Below are positions 1-10,865 of a stretch of 57,025 nt of DNA, piece by piece; within the stretch, counting starts at the first letter, position 1; the number at the start of each line of letters is the position of its first letter. The stretch spans positions 1 to 57,025 of the forward strand of contig JBBTRX010000007.1 in NCBI GenBank assembly GCA_038064975.1, given 5' to 3'. The stretch comes from Patescibacteria group bacterium. GTDB taxonomy: Bacteria; Patescibacteriota; Minisyncoccia; UBA6257; 1-14-0-10-40-38. The translations under genes and the position numbers were made by a program. The notes beneath the pieces were generated by a model, which searched no databases, was not told where the DNA came from, and was given only the letters and a program-made list of their open reading frames with translations.

Positions 1-100
1 TCTTTCTACGCTTCCCGATTCCTTTGTGCGTTCTGAAGCAAAAGAAAGAGAGGGGACAAGAAATCCGAAGATAAGAAAAATAGAGAGAAAACGGAGCATT

Positions 101-340
101 TTACTGACTAAGAAAAAGATAAATTGCGAAAACTATCATCATTAGACCAGGAATCAAAGCTCTCAATGCTCTTGTAGTTTTGCTATAAATACGGTTATCC
201 TCTGCTGGGAAAATATTATATCCATCTTTTTGCATCTTTTCCTGCTCCTTTTTCTCAAAATCTGGCTTTAGCAACAGCGCTAAGCCATAAACTGCAAAAC
301 ATATACCGACAACTAGAAGTATAAACGGAGTCCAATCCAT
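101..340 (-). CDS. Small 2-TM membrane protein, candidate immunity protein of the upstream RHS protein (79 aa, start reassigned to ATG at 340)
   Basis: ATG at 340 lies 8 nt after the RHS stop. Two hydrophobic segments (FILLVVGICFAVYGLALLL; ALIPGLMMIVFAIYLFL). AT-rich like the RHS tip. Confidence 0.6.
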   Translation of the reverse strand: MDWTPFILLVVGICFAVYGLALLLKPDFEKKEQEKMQKDGYNIFPAEDNRIYSKTTRALRALIPGLMMIVFAIYLFLSQ

Positions 341-347
341 AAGATTA

Positions 348-3300
348 TTATTGTGAATTAAGCGACTGTAGATAATTGAGTTGATTTTGAATTTGCTGAA
401 TCTGTAAATAAATCTGATCAAGTTGTTGCTGATACGTGGAACCTATACTCACCCCAACCGAAGGCTTGTTTATATCATTTTTCTGACCAACGTTTTTATA
501 TATTTGACTTCCAAAACCTGCCTGATCCGCTAAGTCCAAACTTGTAGTGAGTGTATCAAGAAGAAGAGTCTGTGACCCAGACAATACATTTGAGAATCCT
601 AAGCCTATAGTTAATCCTCCAATTTTTACCTGATTAGCTGCGCTAGTTTTTTCTTGCTGTGAGAACTGGTCTGGATAATTATAATTCTTGATCTTGTAAT
701 CATATAAACTAACTCCAAAATTTGCGGCACCGAAATATGTCAAAATTTTTCCAATAAGAGGGAGAAAGGCAGGCGTAAATATCACCTCTCCACTCGGATC
801 CGTATACCTCAAAGAATTATTCATCACATACGAATACGAGTTCAGCTCTTGTGGATTAGCCAAGAAACTCTCTAGAGACCGACCATACCTATTTTCAAAT
901 CCCTGATCCCCTAACGCCAGAAACGCCGGATCCTCACTCAAAAACCTCCCCCAATCCGTATTCAGATATCTCGCTTTCGCATACGTATAGCTTAAGGCAT
1001 CTATATCATGCTCATGGCCCGTGTACTTTCTTCTTTCAATCGTTGTTCCGATATCGTTGTTCAAAGATCCAAATGCTCGATATTCAACTTCTTCTGTGAT
1101 ATTCGCAGAGTCATCGGTTACTAACGACGTTGAACGAAGATGATCTTGGGAATTCCAAGAGACAACGGGGTTACTAGTTCCCATTACAATTGTAGCAACA
1201 GGTACTCCGTTTACCGATATGTGTTCCGTGGTCGTTGCGTTCGCAGCTGTATATTCCTTGCTAAATGAGGGGAAAGCGAAACTCGTAGTAGCCGAGTTCG
1301 TGATATGGGAATAAACCCTCATTCCTCCTGTGTCATATCCATACGTAGCATATTTAGTTGGCTGTCCCGGGCCTCCGAAGGATTGGGAGGAAAAGCCGCT
1401 CGTTTGTTGGGAAGGAAGCTTGATTTTGACGAGACGGTTATTGTAGTCCCAGGTGTGAGTGAGATTGCCGGTACGATTCACGAGATTGCCATTTTTGTCG
1501 TAGGTTAAGGTTTCTGCACCAACTTTTGTTGCGGCATGGGGGTTCGCGAAGTTTTGAGTTGTTGTGCCTTGGTAGAAGTAGGAGCCTTGGGGAGAGGTTA
1601 CGATGTTCCCTATTCCGTCATAGGTAAAGGATTCCGTATATGAGCTTGGGGAGGAAGATGAAGTAAAGGTATGGCCCGTTAGTCTGTAGAGGGAGTCATA
1701 TGTGTAGTCTGCGATATGGTTCGGGAGGGTTGCCGTATCTGATTCTGCGACAATATGCGTGATATTCCCTACCTTGTCGTAGTCGTAGAGGAATTGTTGG
1801 AGAGTTTGAGTACCGTTGTCTATTGATTTTTGTTTCAGGCGATAGAGGGCGTCTGCGTCGTAGGTGTTGGTGACGGTTGTTCCGTTGGTATTGGTTTGAG
1901 TTGTGATGTCTCCTGTCGGGGCATAGTCAAAATCAGAAACGATCGTAGTAGTCGCTACCCCACTTTCTTTCCAGTACACCGCTTCAGGATGCCCTGCATT
2001 GTTATATTCGTAGGTAATCAAAGCATCGTTCGGATTTTTAATCGTGAGCGGATTCCCGAGATAGTCGTAGGTATAATCAGTAAGATATACATTTCCGTCT
2101 ATTGTTTTTGTTTCCTTACTGATATTCCCTGCATAGTTGTAACGGTTGTTCAAAACCATCTTTCCCGCCGTAATAGTTGTTGTTGTTGCGACACAGAGAC
2201 GCCCCACACCTTGGGAACAGGCATCGTAAGTGTATTCTGCTTCTAATCCAGAACCGGAAGATGCGTCTTCATTCAAGATTCTATTTAAATCATCGTATGC
2301 ATACGCAACAACAACGTTGTCTGGTTTAACTTTTTTTATCAGATTTCCCGCAAGATCATAGCTATAGGTTGTTGATCCAAATTGAGTATCAGCGACATGA
2401 TGCAAATCTTCCGCAAACGTGCGACGCCCGAGCATGTCATATTCAAAATTTCGTATATTCCCCGAGGCATCAGTGATTTTCTTGAGATTGCCGAGCGCAT
2501 CCCAATTGTAGGTTGTTGTCGCATACGGAGATGGGGCTGACGAACCGTATTCATCAACTTTTTTCAATCTCTGAAATGCATCTCGTTCTAATGTTTTCTT
2601 GTTATTCAATACATCGGTTGTGGTCGCATACCAATCGTCATACACGATTGTCGTCGTTCCAAAAACGTTACCAATATCAGTTGCCCGCCCTACGGCGTCA
2701 TAGACGTACAGGGTATAGAGATTATTATTACTTGTCGGACTCGTCTTATTCACGTCAGCGCTGAAATATGGCAAAGATTCTTTTGCCACGCGCCCTTGTT
2801 TATCGTAGAGCGTATCCCGCACCGCATATACCGCACCACCATTATCTTCCGCACGGGTGCGAGTTTGGATGACACGCCCGAAACCATCTACATAGGTTTT
2901 AGCATCGGTTGAGACGCTAGCTGAAAGATTATTTGTTTCATGCACGGCATATTGGTTTGGCGTATTGGTGTATGTAATCGTCTTTGTCGTAACCAACGAT
3001 CCGTCCGCAGGATGAGGAGTTTTTTGTGTTATTACGCGATCCAGAGCGTCATATGCCGTTTCATAGATTTCCCCGTTGGGCGCGATGGTTTGTATTGGTT
3101 TCCCCGAAGAATAATCGTAATAGGATTCTGTTTCGTGTCCGAGAGCGTTTGTACTTGTCGCAACATAGAGATTGAACGGATCATAAACATAGGTTGTCTC
3201 GTTAGCGTTTGGATCACGTTCGGAGAGCATTAACCCGAAACTATTATATGCATGCGTAGTAGAGGCATACGTCGTGCCTTCAATCAGATATTCTTTTTTG

Positions 3301-6300
3301 GTCGGATTCCCCGCTCCGACTTCTCCGAATGGAAGATTGTCGTACGTTATTTTTTGATCGGCAATGATTGCATTCGCATTATCCTTAACAACTTCCCTAG
3401 AGCGAAGTTCTATTGTATTTGCCGTACTTGAGGCATATTCATAGACGCTTGTCCTTGTATCCGCCCCAATATCGGTAAAGTTCAAAGGATCGGATGCCGT
3501 TATCTCTCCCCACTCTTTTTGTTCGGTAAGATTGCCGTTCGTTGCATTAAACGCAAACGTCGTTGCTATATCTCTATGCGTTCCATTACCATCATACGTC
3601 TCGGTAATAGTCTGTAGTGGGTATACGAAAAATCGATCTCCAAAGATTTCAGATGAAAGTACATCCTCTTCTATCTTATTAGTAATGAGAACCATCAAAT
3701 TGTCTCCTGCATCGCGACTATCCGTTCGGAATGACTTCCCAATCTTTGGATGGAAATCTTGATATTCATAGTTAGAAGAATTACTACTATTCCCTTGATG
3801 AAAATAATCAATCCTTTTTGATCCGTCGGGACGGGTCTGTGTAACGGTTTCAAATCCTGCGAATTTCCGATCATGTGGATCGTTAAAATAGTAAGATCCG
3901 CCGGCATATTCATACGTTGTCGTGCCCACAACTCCCATTACGGAATCGTATTCTCCAATAGCTTGGACGGTTTGAACTGTGATCGGAAGTTTTGCGTTTA
4001 GTAAAGTATTTCCACTTTTGTATTGAGGAGAAGCTTTATAGGCGACATTAATTTCCCCGCCTGTAGGCAACGTAATTTGAGAAAGTAGATCAGGAATTTT
4101 CCCTGTATTTAGATACAAAAACGTAATACAGTTCGGATATCTGCTATTGCACAAATTATAAATAACATCCAAAAGACCATCTCCATTCACATCCCCAACA
4201 TATCGCCTCCCGTTATTATCTTCTGCGTTAAATGTAAAAGTTGTTGTTGTAAAAGATTTATTATAACCATCATTCAAATACAATAGACCCTGACTATCTG
4301 AAATAAAATCAGGAAAATCATCTCCGTTTAGATCAGCTAAAAGTGCCTGCGTAATTCCATTTGTTGAGTTTTCAAATGTATTACTTAGATTATTTGATGG
4401 CAATACCCATTCTGTATCCTCAACAAATCCTTCTTCAAAGATAGTGGTATTAATGAAAACACCAATATCGTAGCCAATAGCCGGAGTACGATAGGCACGA
4501 TAGACATCATTAAGACCATCGTGATTCATATCTGCCATACGAAGACCAAAATAATCGGGAGTTTCGGATGAGATAGAAATTGACTCCATAGACAATCCGG
4601 TATTTCGATGCACGACAAATGCATTACCGCCAGAATCAAAAGCCCGTATATGATCAGGCAAACTATCGCCATTAATATCGGCAATCAGAGGACGGCTGTT
4701 ACTTAAAGGATCTATTTCTTGGACTTCTTCATCCCATAAGGATGAATGACTCCACCCACTTCCCGTATTCATATATACACTTGACGATGTCGTAGCTGGC
4801 CCCGGAGAGCGCACAAAAGCATTAGCTAAATCTCCCCGAATACTAAAGACGGCAACTCCTTCGGCGTCACAAGGGTCAGATGAAATCGGACGCGTGCAGA
4901 CAAAAACAGGATTTGATGTTCCTGCAATATTAGGAATAGAATATGTAGAGGTAGCGAGAATAAAGACAGAATTTCTGGTAGTAAAATTTCCGGTATTAAA
5001 CCAGACTTTCTTTTTTTCTGTGGAAGGCGATGCTATAAAAGAAGATTGAAGTACATCAGCATAACTATCAGCATTAACGTCTGTCACAATCACCCCATCA
5101 GTGTAATCAAGTTCATAAATATCGGTATCAATACTATCAAAATCAAAAGACAAAATATTAGGAGTATAGCTAAAACTTGTGGCTGGTAACGTAGTAGTTG
5201 CAGAACCATTAAATCCACTTTGAACAACCTCACTCAAAAGAGATTTATCATTCACGCTATCCTGAACATAAGAAAAATCATATTGCCCCGTAGATACAGA
5301 TCCGCTTTCTTCAATTTTGATTGTTTTTAAACGCTTTTGAGTTATTTCTTTAAACCCTCCGTAGAATGATGTGTGTATATCTGATCTATCTTCCCAAATG
5401 AAATTAAGAGAAAAAATTGAACTATTGGAATCTAGTGGAGAGTAGACGTACTCAATTTTATTAATATAAACCTGTCCTTGATCTTTAGAGTATATGAATT
5501 TAACTTTATTGCCGTCTGCATCTTGCATTCTATCTAACATCCAAAGATAACCCGTTGATGTTGCTGTTAGAAGAAATTGTCTTGCCTCCGTTGTTGTGCC
5601 AAACCAATACGTTTCTCCTGTCTTCGTTTCAAGCTTCCATGCATCCTCTAAGCCGCCCGTATGCGTGTACATATTGAACGATCCACTATCAACTTTTGGA
5701 CCATATTCATCTCCAGAAATATGAGCTAAAGGCCCATCAAGAGAAGATGAAAAACTCTGCGATGATGTATTATACATCTCATCATTCCCCCACTTATTCT
5801 CCCTCTGAATATACGGAATACTTAAATTCCAGCCGTAGCCGACGAGCGAGCCATCGCTTCTATCCTGCGAGTTATAGACAAGTGAAAGTTCCGGAGTAAA
5901 GCCGTTTCTGCCCGGTGGAAGGTTGATAGGATAACGATAGGTTAAAGCGCCCGAAGAAAGATCTACGTCAGGTTTAATTTGCTTTACATCCGCCGTTGGC
6001 TGAACAGTGCTGTATGGTGGGTCGGATGCGGCTTTAGTATCCCCACGGCCGTCTCTTGAGCTACCGCTTCCGTCTTGAGGCCGTGATTCCAAACTTGGCG
6101 TTGCCGCATCGCGTGAAGAAGCGTTTGCCGCATTATTTGCCGTATTGCCGGATACGTCTGAAACATTACTATCCGTATCTCTAGTATTGCCATCATCTGA
6201 AGACGGCGTATCAATAGAAAACGCCGATTCTTGCATCGGCGCCTGTGTTACTTCTCCCGAAGCATCAATAATTTGACCAAATACTTGTGGAGGGAAAACT

Positions 6301-6410
6301 AAAGAAAAAACCATTATTCCCGCAAGGAACGAAACACTTATTCTACGCATGCGTTCATTATTCCTCTTCATGATTTCTTCATTATCGCAAAAACAATTCC
6401 TTTCCGTCAA
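348..6410 (-). CDS. Secreted RHS/YD-repeat protein with SpvB-like N-terminus, FG-GAP/VCBS repeats, TcdB-mid-like region, RHS core and variable C-terminal tip
   Basis: Signal peptide; 'SGALTYRYPINLPPGRNGFTPELSLVYNS..GYGWNL' (SpvB/TcaC-like); DxNGDxxxD repeats; 'DRKFAGF'; many YD repeats; 'KYTGHEHD..ARYL..GRFLSEDP..NSYSYVMNNSLRYTDPSG'. The true start may be ATG ~6371. Confidence 0.9.
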   Translation of the reverse strand: MTERNCFCDNEEIMKRNNERMRRISVSFLAGIMVFSLVFPPQVFGQIIDASGEVTQAPMQESAFSIDTPSSDDGNTRDTDSNVSDVSGNTANNAANASSRDAATPSLESRPQDGSGSSRDGRGDTKAASDPPYSTVQPTADVKQIKPDVDLSSGALTYRYPINLPPGRNGFTPELSLVYNSQDRSDGSLVGYGWNLSIPYIQRENKWGNDEMYNTSSQSFSSSLDGPLAHISGDEYGPKVDSGSFNMYTHTGGLEDAWKLETKTGETYWFGTTTEARQFLLTATSTGYLWMLDRMQDADGNKVKFIYSKDQGQVYINKIEYVYSPLDSNSSIFSLNFIWEDRSDIHTSFYGGFKEITQKRLKTIKIEESGSVSTGQYDFSYVQDSVNDKSLLSEVVQSGFNGSATTTLPATSFSYTPNILSFDFDSIDTDIYELDYTDGVIVTDVNADSYADVLQSSFIASPSTEKKKVWFNTGNFTTRNSVFILATSTYSIPNIAGTSNPVFVCTRPISSDPCDAEGVAVFSIRGDLANAFVRSPGPATTSSSVYMNTGSGWSHSSLWDEEVQEIDPLSNSRPLIADINGDSLPDHIRAFDSGGNAFVVHRNTGLSMESISISSETPDYFGLRMADMNHDGLNDVYRAYRTPAIGYDIGVFINTTIFEEGFVEDTEWVLPSNNLSNTFENSTNGITQALLADLNGDDFPDFISDSQGLLYLNDGYNKSFTTTTFTFNAEDNNGRRYVGDVNGDGLLDVIYNLCNSRYPNCITFLYLNTGKIPDLLSQITLPTGGEINVAYKASPQYKSGNTLLNAKLPITVQTVQAIGEYDSVMGVVGTTTYEYAGGSYYFNDPHDRKFAGFETVTQTRPDGSKRIDYFHQGNSSNSSNYEYQDFHPKIGKSFRTDSRDAGDNLMVLITNKIEEDVLSSEIFGDRFFVYPLQTITETYDGNGTHRDIATTFAFNATNGNLTEQKEWGEITASDPLNFTDIGADTRTSVYEYASSTANTIELRSREVVKDNANAIIADQKITYDNLPFGEVGAGNPTKKEYLIEGTTYASTTHAYNSFGLMLSERDPNANETTYVYDPFNLYVATSTNALGHETESYYDYSSGKPIQTIAPNGEIYETAYDALDRVITQKTPHPADGSLVTTKTITYTNTPNQYAVHETNNLSASVSTDAKTYVDGFGRVIQTRTRAEDNGGAVYAVRDTLYDKQGRVAKESLPYFSADVNKTSPTSNNNLYTLYVYDAVGRATDIGNVFGTTTIVYDDWYATTTDVLNNKKTLERDAFQRLKKVDEYGSSAPSPYATTTYNWDALGNLKKITDASGNIRNFEYDMLGRRTFAEDLHHVADTQFGSTTYSYDLAGNLIKKVKPDNVVVAYAYDDLNRILNEDASSGSGLEAEYTYDACSQGVGRLCVATTTTITAGKMVLNNRYNYAGNISKETKTIDGNVYLTDYTYDYLGNPLTIKNPNDALITYEYNNAGHPEAVYWKESGVATTTIVSDFDYAPTGDITTQTNTNGTTVTNTYDADALYRLKQKSIDNGTQTLQQFLYDYDKVGNITHIVAESDTATLPNHIADYTYDSLYRLTGHTFTSSSSPSSYTESFTYDGIGNIVTSPQGSYFYQGTTTQNFANPHAATKVGAETLTYDKNGNLVNRTGNLTHTWDYNNRLVKIKLPSQQTSGFSSQSFGGPGQPTKYATYGYDTGGMRVYSHITNSATTSFAFPSFSKEYTAANATTTEHISVNGVPVATIVMGTSNPVVSWNSQDHLRSTSLVTDDSANITEEVEYRAFGSLNNDIGTTIERRKYTGHEHDIDALSYTYAKARYLNTDWGRFLSEDPAFLALGDQGFENRYGRSLESFLANPQELNSYSYVMNNSLRYTDPSGEVIFTPAFLPLIGKILTYFGAANFGVSLYDYKIKNYNYPDQFSQQEKTSAANQVKIGGLTIGLGFSNVLSGSQTLLLDTLTTSLDLADQAGFGSQIYKNVGQKNDINKPSVGVSIGSTYQQQLDQIYLQIQQIQNQLNYLQSLNSQ

Positions 6411-6463
6411 ACGACGATATTCACGTTTGCATTTTTAAACCTTTTTCCCTAATAAAGAGATTT

Positions 6464-8479
6464 TTATTTTTTCTTTACAAGACTTTTGTCTTTTGTCGTT
6501 TTTTCAAGTTCCCGAATCTCATCCCGAAGCAGAGCGGCTAATTCAAAATCAAGATTTGCCGCGGCTTCTTTCATTTCTTTTTCTTTTTGCTTTAAAAGCC
6601 TTTCCAGCGCAGTTTTTGATTTCGGAACCGGTTTTAATTCCATCTTCAGCACTTCTTCGGGAAGAATATCTCTGATTTCTTTGAAAATAGTTGTTGGCGT
6701 AATATTATGCTTCGTATTATACGCAAGCTGAAGGCTCCGTCTGCGATCTGTTTCCGAGATCGCGCGTTTAATAGAGCCGGTAATGTTGTCTGCATACATC
6801 AAAACCTGCCCCGCGACGTTACGCGCCGCGCGTCCGATAGTTTGTACGAGTGATGTTTCCGAACGGAGGAACCCTTCTTTATCAGCATCTAAAATTGCTA
6901 CTAGAGAAACTTCCGGCAAATCCAAACCTTCACGCAAAAGATTTACGCCAACGAGCACATCAAAATCCCCTTTACGTAATTTAGTAAGGATGCGGATTCT
7001 ATCCAATGTTTTAACATCGCTGTGGAGATACGCAACTTTTAATTTTTCTTTTTCAGATAAATATTCAGTTAAATCCTCCGCCATGCGCTTTGTAAGCGTA
7101 GTTACAAGAACGCGCTCTTTCCTTTCTACTCGTTCACGAATGCGCGGAATAAGGTCATCAATTTGGCCTACGACCGGTCGCACGATAATTTCCGGATCAA
7201 CTAGTCCCGTGGGGCGAATGATTTGCTCCACCACTTGCTTGCTGTTTTCTTTTTCGTATACGCCTGGTGTTGCCGATGTACAGATAATTTGGTCTACCCG
7301 AGCCATAAATTCCGGAGATTTAAGCGGACGATTATCTGCAGCAGACGGCAGGCGGAATCCATAATCAATCAGCGTCTTTTTGCGTGAAGCGTCTCCCGCG
7401 TACATTCCCTGGATTTGTGGAATAGTAACGTGCGATTCATCAATAACCGTCAGAAAGTCAGCTTTCCCAGTTTTTTTATCCTTAGGAAAATAATCTAACA
7501 GCGTGTCCGGCGCTTCCCCTGCCTTTCGCCCCGAAAGATGGCGCGAATAGTTTTCAATACCGTTGCAATAGCCGATTTCCGCTATCATCGCGAGATCAAA
7601 ATTTGTTCTGCGTTCAAGCCGTTCTGCTTCAAGTAGGAGTTTATCCTTTTCTAATTCTTTAAGGCGAGCATTAAGTTCGGCACGAATATCTTTAATCGCG
7701 CGCTCGCGTTCAGAAATCTCTGTAATAAAATGTTTTGCCGGAGAGATATAAATATCCGGCACCTGTGGAGTCTTTCCCGGACGGAAACCTTCCGTCGGAT
7801 CAACTTCGTAGATATTTTGAATAATTCCGTCGTGGACAAATATGGAATAAATCACTTCTCTATCCGGCGGCATAATTTCCCAATTTTCACCGCGGATGCG
7901 GAATGTACCACGCTTTAAGTCCGCGTTCGTGCGCGTAAATTGCAGTTCCACCAGCTTCCTCACAAACTTTTTTCTATCCAGCGTATCGCCTGCTTTGAAA
8001 TGAAAAATATTTTCCCGATATACTTCCGGCGCACCAAGGCCGTAAATACACGAAACAGATGCAACTACAATTACATCTTTTCTCGTTAAAAGCGCCATAG
8101 TCGCTGCGTGGCGCAATTTATCAATCTCTTCGTTGATCATCGCTTCTTTCGCGATATATGTATCAGAAGTCGGGATATACGCTTCCGGCTGGTAATAGTC
8201 GTAGTACGAAACAAAATAATTTACGGAATTGTGCGGAAATAATTCTCGAAACTCGTTCGTAAGCTGGGCGGCAAGCGTTTTGTTGTGTGCAATGACGAGC
8301 GTCGGTTTTTGGATACGTTCAATAACATTCGCTATCGTGAATGTCTTTCCTGATCCGGTAACGCCTAAGAGCGTTTGACGGTCATGCCCTTTTTTGAGTC
8401 CCTCGACGAGCTCATCAATCGCCTTTGGCTGATCGCCCGCGGGCTTATTATTTGAAACGATTTGAAATATGTTTTCCAT
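6464..8479 (-). CDS. uvrB: Excinuclease ABC subunit B
   Basis: [18 protein letters not shown] beta-hairpin, DESH, GRAARN, C-terminal UVR domain. Confidence 0.98.
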   Translation of the reverse strand: MENIFQIVSNNKPAGDQPKAIDELVEGLKKGHDRQTLLGVTGSGKTFTIANVIERIQKPTLVIAHNKTLAAQLTNEFRELFPHNSVNYFVSYYDYYQPEAYIPTSDTYIAKEAMINEEIDKLRHAATMALLTRKDVIVVASVSCIYGLGAPEVYRENIFHFKAGDTLDRKKFVRKLVELQFTRTNADLKRGTFRIRGENWEIMPPDREVIYSIFVHDGIIQNIYEVDPTEGFRPGKTPQVPDIYISPAKHFITEISERERAIKDIRAELNARLKELEKDKLLLEAERLERRTNFDLAMIAEIGYCNGIENYSRHLSGRKAGEAPDTLLDYFPKDKKTGKADFLTVIDESHVTIPQIQGMYAGDASRKKTLIDYGFRLPSAADNRPLKSPEFMARVDQIICTSATPGVYEKENSKQVVEQIIRPTGLVDPEIIVRPVVGQIDDLIPRIRERVERKERVLVTTLTKRMAEDLTEYLSEKEKLKVAYLHSDVKTLDRIRILTKLRKGDFDVLVGVNLLREGLDLPEVSLVAILDADKEGFLRSETSLVQTIGRAARNVAGQVLMYADNITGSIKRAISETDRRRSLQLAYNTKHNITPTTIFKEIRDILPEEVLKMELKPVPKSKTALERLLKQKEKEMKEAAANLDFELAALLRDEIRELEKTTKDKSLVKKK

Positions 8480-8559
8480 TATAGAACTAAAAACCCCCTT
8501 GCTTTTGGTATCGCTGAGGGTACACGAGCAACTCTAATGCATTTTATTGAAAAAACAAA

Positions 8560-8582
8560 CCTCGTCAGGATTTCTGACGAGG
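8560..8582 (-). terminator. Intrinsic terminator after two small membrane-peptide genes
   Basis: CCTCGTCAG-gattt-CTGACGAGG hairpin followed by a T-rich tract on the minus strand. Confidence 0.7.
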
Positions 8583-8600
8583 TGTAGAACTGCTAGTTCT

Positions 8601-8750
8601 CTAGAACGGATAGGGCCCTTCTGACCACTTGAACCCGAGGGATATCAGGACAATCAGAACAATCAGGAAAATTGCTGTTGCGAGTACGAAGATCTTCACT
8701 ATGGACAAATCTTCCTTGACGCTCGCAAACCGAGGATCTTTTTTCTCCAT
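8601..8750 (-). CDS. Small single-TM protein (49 aa, MEKKDPRF...)
   Basis: AAAGGGA RBS before ATG 8750; one hydrophobic helix; 14 nt downstream of the next small ORF. Confidence 0.55.
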   Translation of the reverse strand: MEKKDPRFASVKEDLSIVKIFVLATAIFLIVLIVLISLGFKWSEGPYPF

Positions 8751-8764
8751 GACCGTCCCTTTCG

Positions 8765-8932
8765 TCAAGAAGTGAAAGCTGAACGGATGAAGAACGAGAG
8801 CAAGAATCCCATGATTACGAAGACCACGACAGTGGACCCGATCATGACCGGAGTCCATTTCTTCTCCAGCTTCTTAAACCTCGGCCTTCCTGACGGCGGA
8901 CGAACCCCTCTCACTTCCGTAGATGTAGGCAT
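8765..8932 (-). CDS. Small single-TM protein (55 aa, MPTSTEVRGVRPPSGRPRFKKLEKKWTPVMIGSTVVVFVIMGFLLSFFIRSAFTS), below ORF-track cutoff
   Basis: GGGAGGAG RBS; TTGCAT-17-TATTGT promoter just after ftsX; basic N-terminus and one TM helix. Confidence 0.6.
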   Translation of the reverse strand: MPTSTEVRGVRPPSGRPRFKKLEKKWTPVMIGSTVVVFVIMGFLLSFFIRSAFTS

Positions 8933-9013
8933 CACTCCTCCCTAATGTTTCAGAGTTGTAGATTGGAAACGAACAAGATATTTACAATAACCCATACTTT
9001 AAAAGTATGCAAG

Positions 9014-9922
9014 TTATACTTTGAGATATCGCCGAATCGCGATGACTCCAGAAATAACTCCCAGAAAAACTCCGAACAAGACTTGGTATAAAAAGAGCAT
9101 TCCGATATTGGTCCAAAAATACGTTTGCAAATCCATAGGAGGAATAAATGCTTTAATGCTTCCGGAAATAATCGCGACAAAAGGAGCGAGAAGAATCAAA
9201 CTTAAGAGTGCGGATATGACGCCGAAAATAATCGCCTCTATAATATACGGACCGTTCAAAAAAATATTTGAAGCTCCGACAAGACGCATAATAGAAAGCT
9301 CATCGCGATTGGAATAAATCGCGAGGCGTATCGTATTAAATGTTACAAGTACGGAAGTGAGCGCGAGGAAAATAGCAACACCAAGACCTATGCGCTGTAC
9401 TCTGCTCACCATTAAATTCAGCCGCTCAATAGCGGTCCGGCTTTGTGTATACGTGACGTTTTCAATAAGTGAGGAAAATTCTTCTCCCTGCAAATAGGAA
9501 GCAATGAGGCCGTATTCGTTCGGATCATTCGCTTTCACATTCAGTGATGCGAGAAGTGGATTTTCGTCTAAAACATCTAGCGCCTGCGTAATAACAGTAC
9601 TCGCACCATTACGTTCGCGGAATAATTCTAAAGCTTTTTCGCGCGAAGTGTATTCTACCCCTTTTACCTCCTTCAATGTTTCAAGTGAGCGTTCAATTTG
9701 TAAAATCTGGTCTTCGGTTGCGCTGGTTTTAAAATAAACACTAATATCAATCTTATCCTGCAAGTGAGCAACGGCTATTTTAGTAACCGCGCCAAAAAGA
9801 ATTAGGCTAGCTGATGTAAGCAGGGCGATAACCATAACAATAACCGTTGCCGTCGAAAGCAAAGCGTTGCGTTTGAAACTTAGGATGCCATATTTGATTA
9901 TGCGATAAAGAGTTGTTGCCAT
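9014..9922 (-). CDS. ftsX: Cell division permease FtsX
   Basis: 4-TM layout; 'FNTIRLAIYSNRDELSIMRLVGAS..FLNGPYIIE'; follows ftsE. Confidence 0.93.
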   Translation of the reverse strand: MATTLYRIIKYGILSFKRNALLSTATVIVMVIALLTSASLILFGAVTKIAVAHLQDKIDISVYFKTSATEDQILQIERSLETLKEVKGVEYTSREKALELFRERNGASTVITQALDVLDENPLLASLNVKANDPNEYGLIASYLQGEEFSSLIENVTYTQSRTAIERLNLMVSRVQRIGLGVAIFLALTSVLVTFNTIRLAIYSNRDELSIMRLVGASNIFLNGPYIIEAIIFGVISALLSLILLAPFVAIISGSIKAFIPPMDLQTYFWTNIGMLFLYQVLFGVFLGVISGVIAIRRYLKV

Positions 9923-9999
9923 TTGAGGAAATCTAATATTTAAAATCTAAGATTTCATATCTTACACTATTATTTTAATCTTTGAGATTTTATATTTGA

Positions 10000-10020
10000 C
10001 CTGCCTGCCGGCGAGGCAGG
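10000..10020. repeat. CCTGCCTGCCGGC-type palindromic repeat
   Basis: cctgcctgccggcgaggcagg; related copies at 15485-15505 and 33035-33066. Confidence 0.7.
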
Positions 10021-10034
10021 GATTTTATTTTTTA

Positions 10035-10724
10035 TCATACCGTTCCGTATTTGCCTTGCTTTTCATCACGAACTATTTTTCCGTGTGCTAATTCTACCAC
10101 GCGCTTCTTTAAAAGATTCACGACATGGCGATTATGCGTAGCAAGGAGAACGGTCGTGCCAAGTTCGTTAATCTTCGCGATCAATTTAATAATATCTTCA
10201 GTATTTTTTTCATCCAAGTTGCCGGTCGGCTCGTCCGCAATCATAACCTTGGGATGATGGATAAGCGCGCGGGCAATAGCAACGCGTTGGCGTTCCCCTC
10301 CGGAAAGCTCGTGTGGAAAGCTTAATTGCTTATCACTCAAACCCACCATGTCTAAAACCTGCGGGACGAGCTCGTCAATTTCCGCCTGTGACCTTCCCTC
10401 AACTTCAAGTGCAAAGGCAACGTTTTCAAATGCAGTTTTTCTCGGAAGCAATCTGAAATCCTGAAACACCATACCGATCTGCCGGCGAAGCGACGGCAAT
10501 TCTTTGGAGCGCATTTTATTAACTTCGTAGGAACCCACGAGAATGCGACCCTTACTAGGACGCTCTTCTCCAATTAAAAGTTTCAAAAGGGTTGATTTGC
10601 CTGCTCCCGATCTTCCCACGACAGAGACAAATTCACCTGGGTGAATTTCAAGATTAATATCCTCAAGGGCAATAGAGGCCGCCTTACCTTCGTATGATTT
10701 GTAAACGTTAGTAAATCCGATCAT
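10035..10724 (-). CDS. ftsE: Cell division ATP-binding protein FtsE
   Basis: GRSGAGKST, 'IGMVFQDFRLL', LSGGERQR, ADEPTGNLD. Confidence 0.95.
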   Translation of the reverse strand: MIGFTNVYKSYEGKAASIALEDINLEIHPGEFVSVVGRSGAGKSTLLKLLIGEERPSKGRILVGSYEVNKMRSKELPSLRRQIGMVFQDFRLLPRKTAFENVAFALEVEGRSQAEIDELVPQVLDMVGLSDKQLSFPHELSGGERQRVAIARALIHHPKVMIADEPTGNLDEKNTEDIIKLIAKINELGTTVLLATHNRHVVNLLKKRVVELAHGKIVRDEKQGKYGTV

Positions 10725-10865
10725 AAGTATGCGAAAGCCTTAGCGAAAGGCACATGCGAAATGTTTAACAAAAGCAAAAATGAAATAACAGGAGAAATGC
10801 GCATGCCTTCATGAAGGCATATAAAAACCTATATTATTTTAGCATCATTCTCCTTCTCTATTCTA

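Noticed and set aside
10721-10804. 27-aa hydrophobic ORF (MRISPVISFLLLL...) overlapping the ftsE start
   Set aside because: No RBS; built from repetitive tgcgaaa-like intergenic sequence; cannot be supported.
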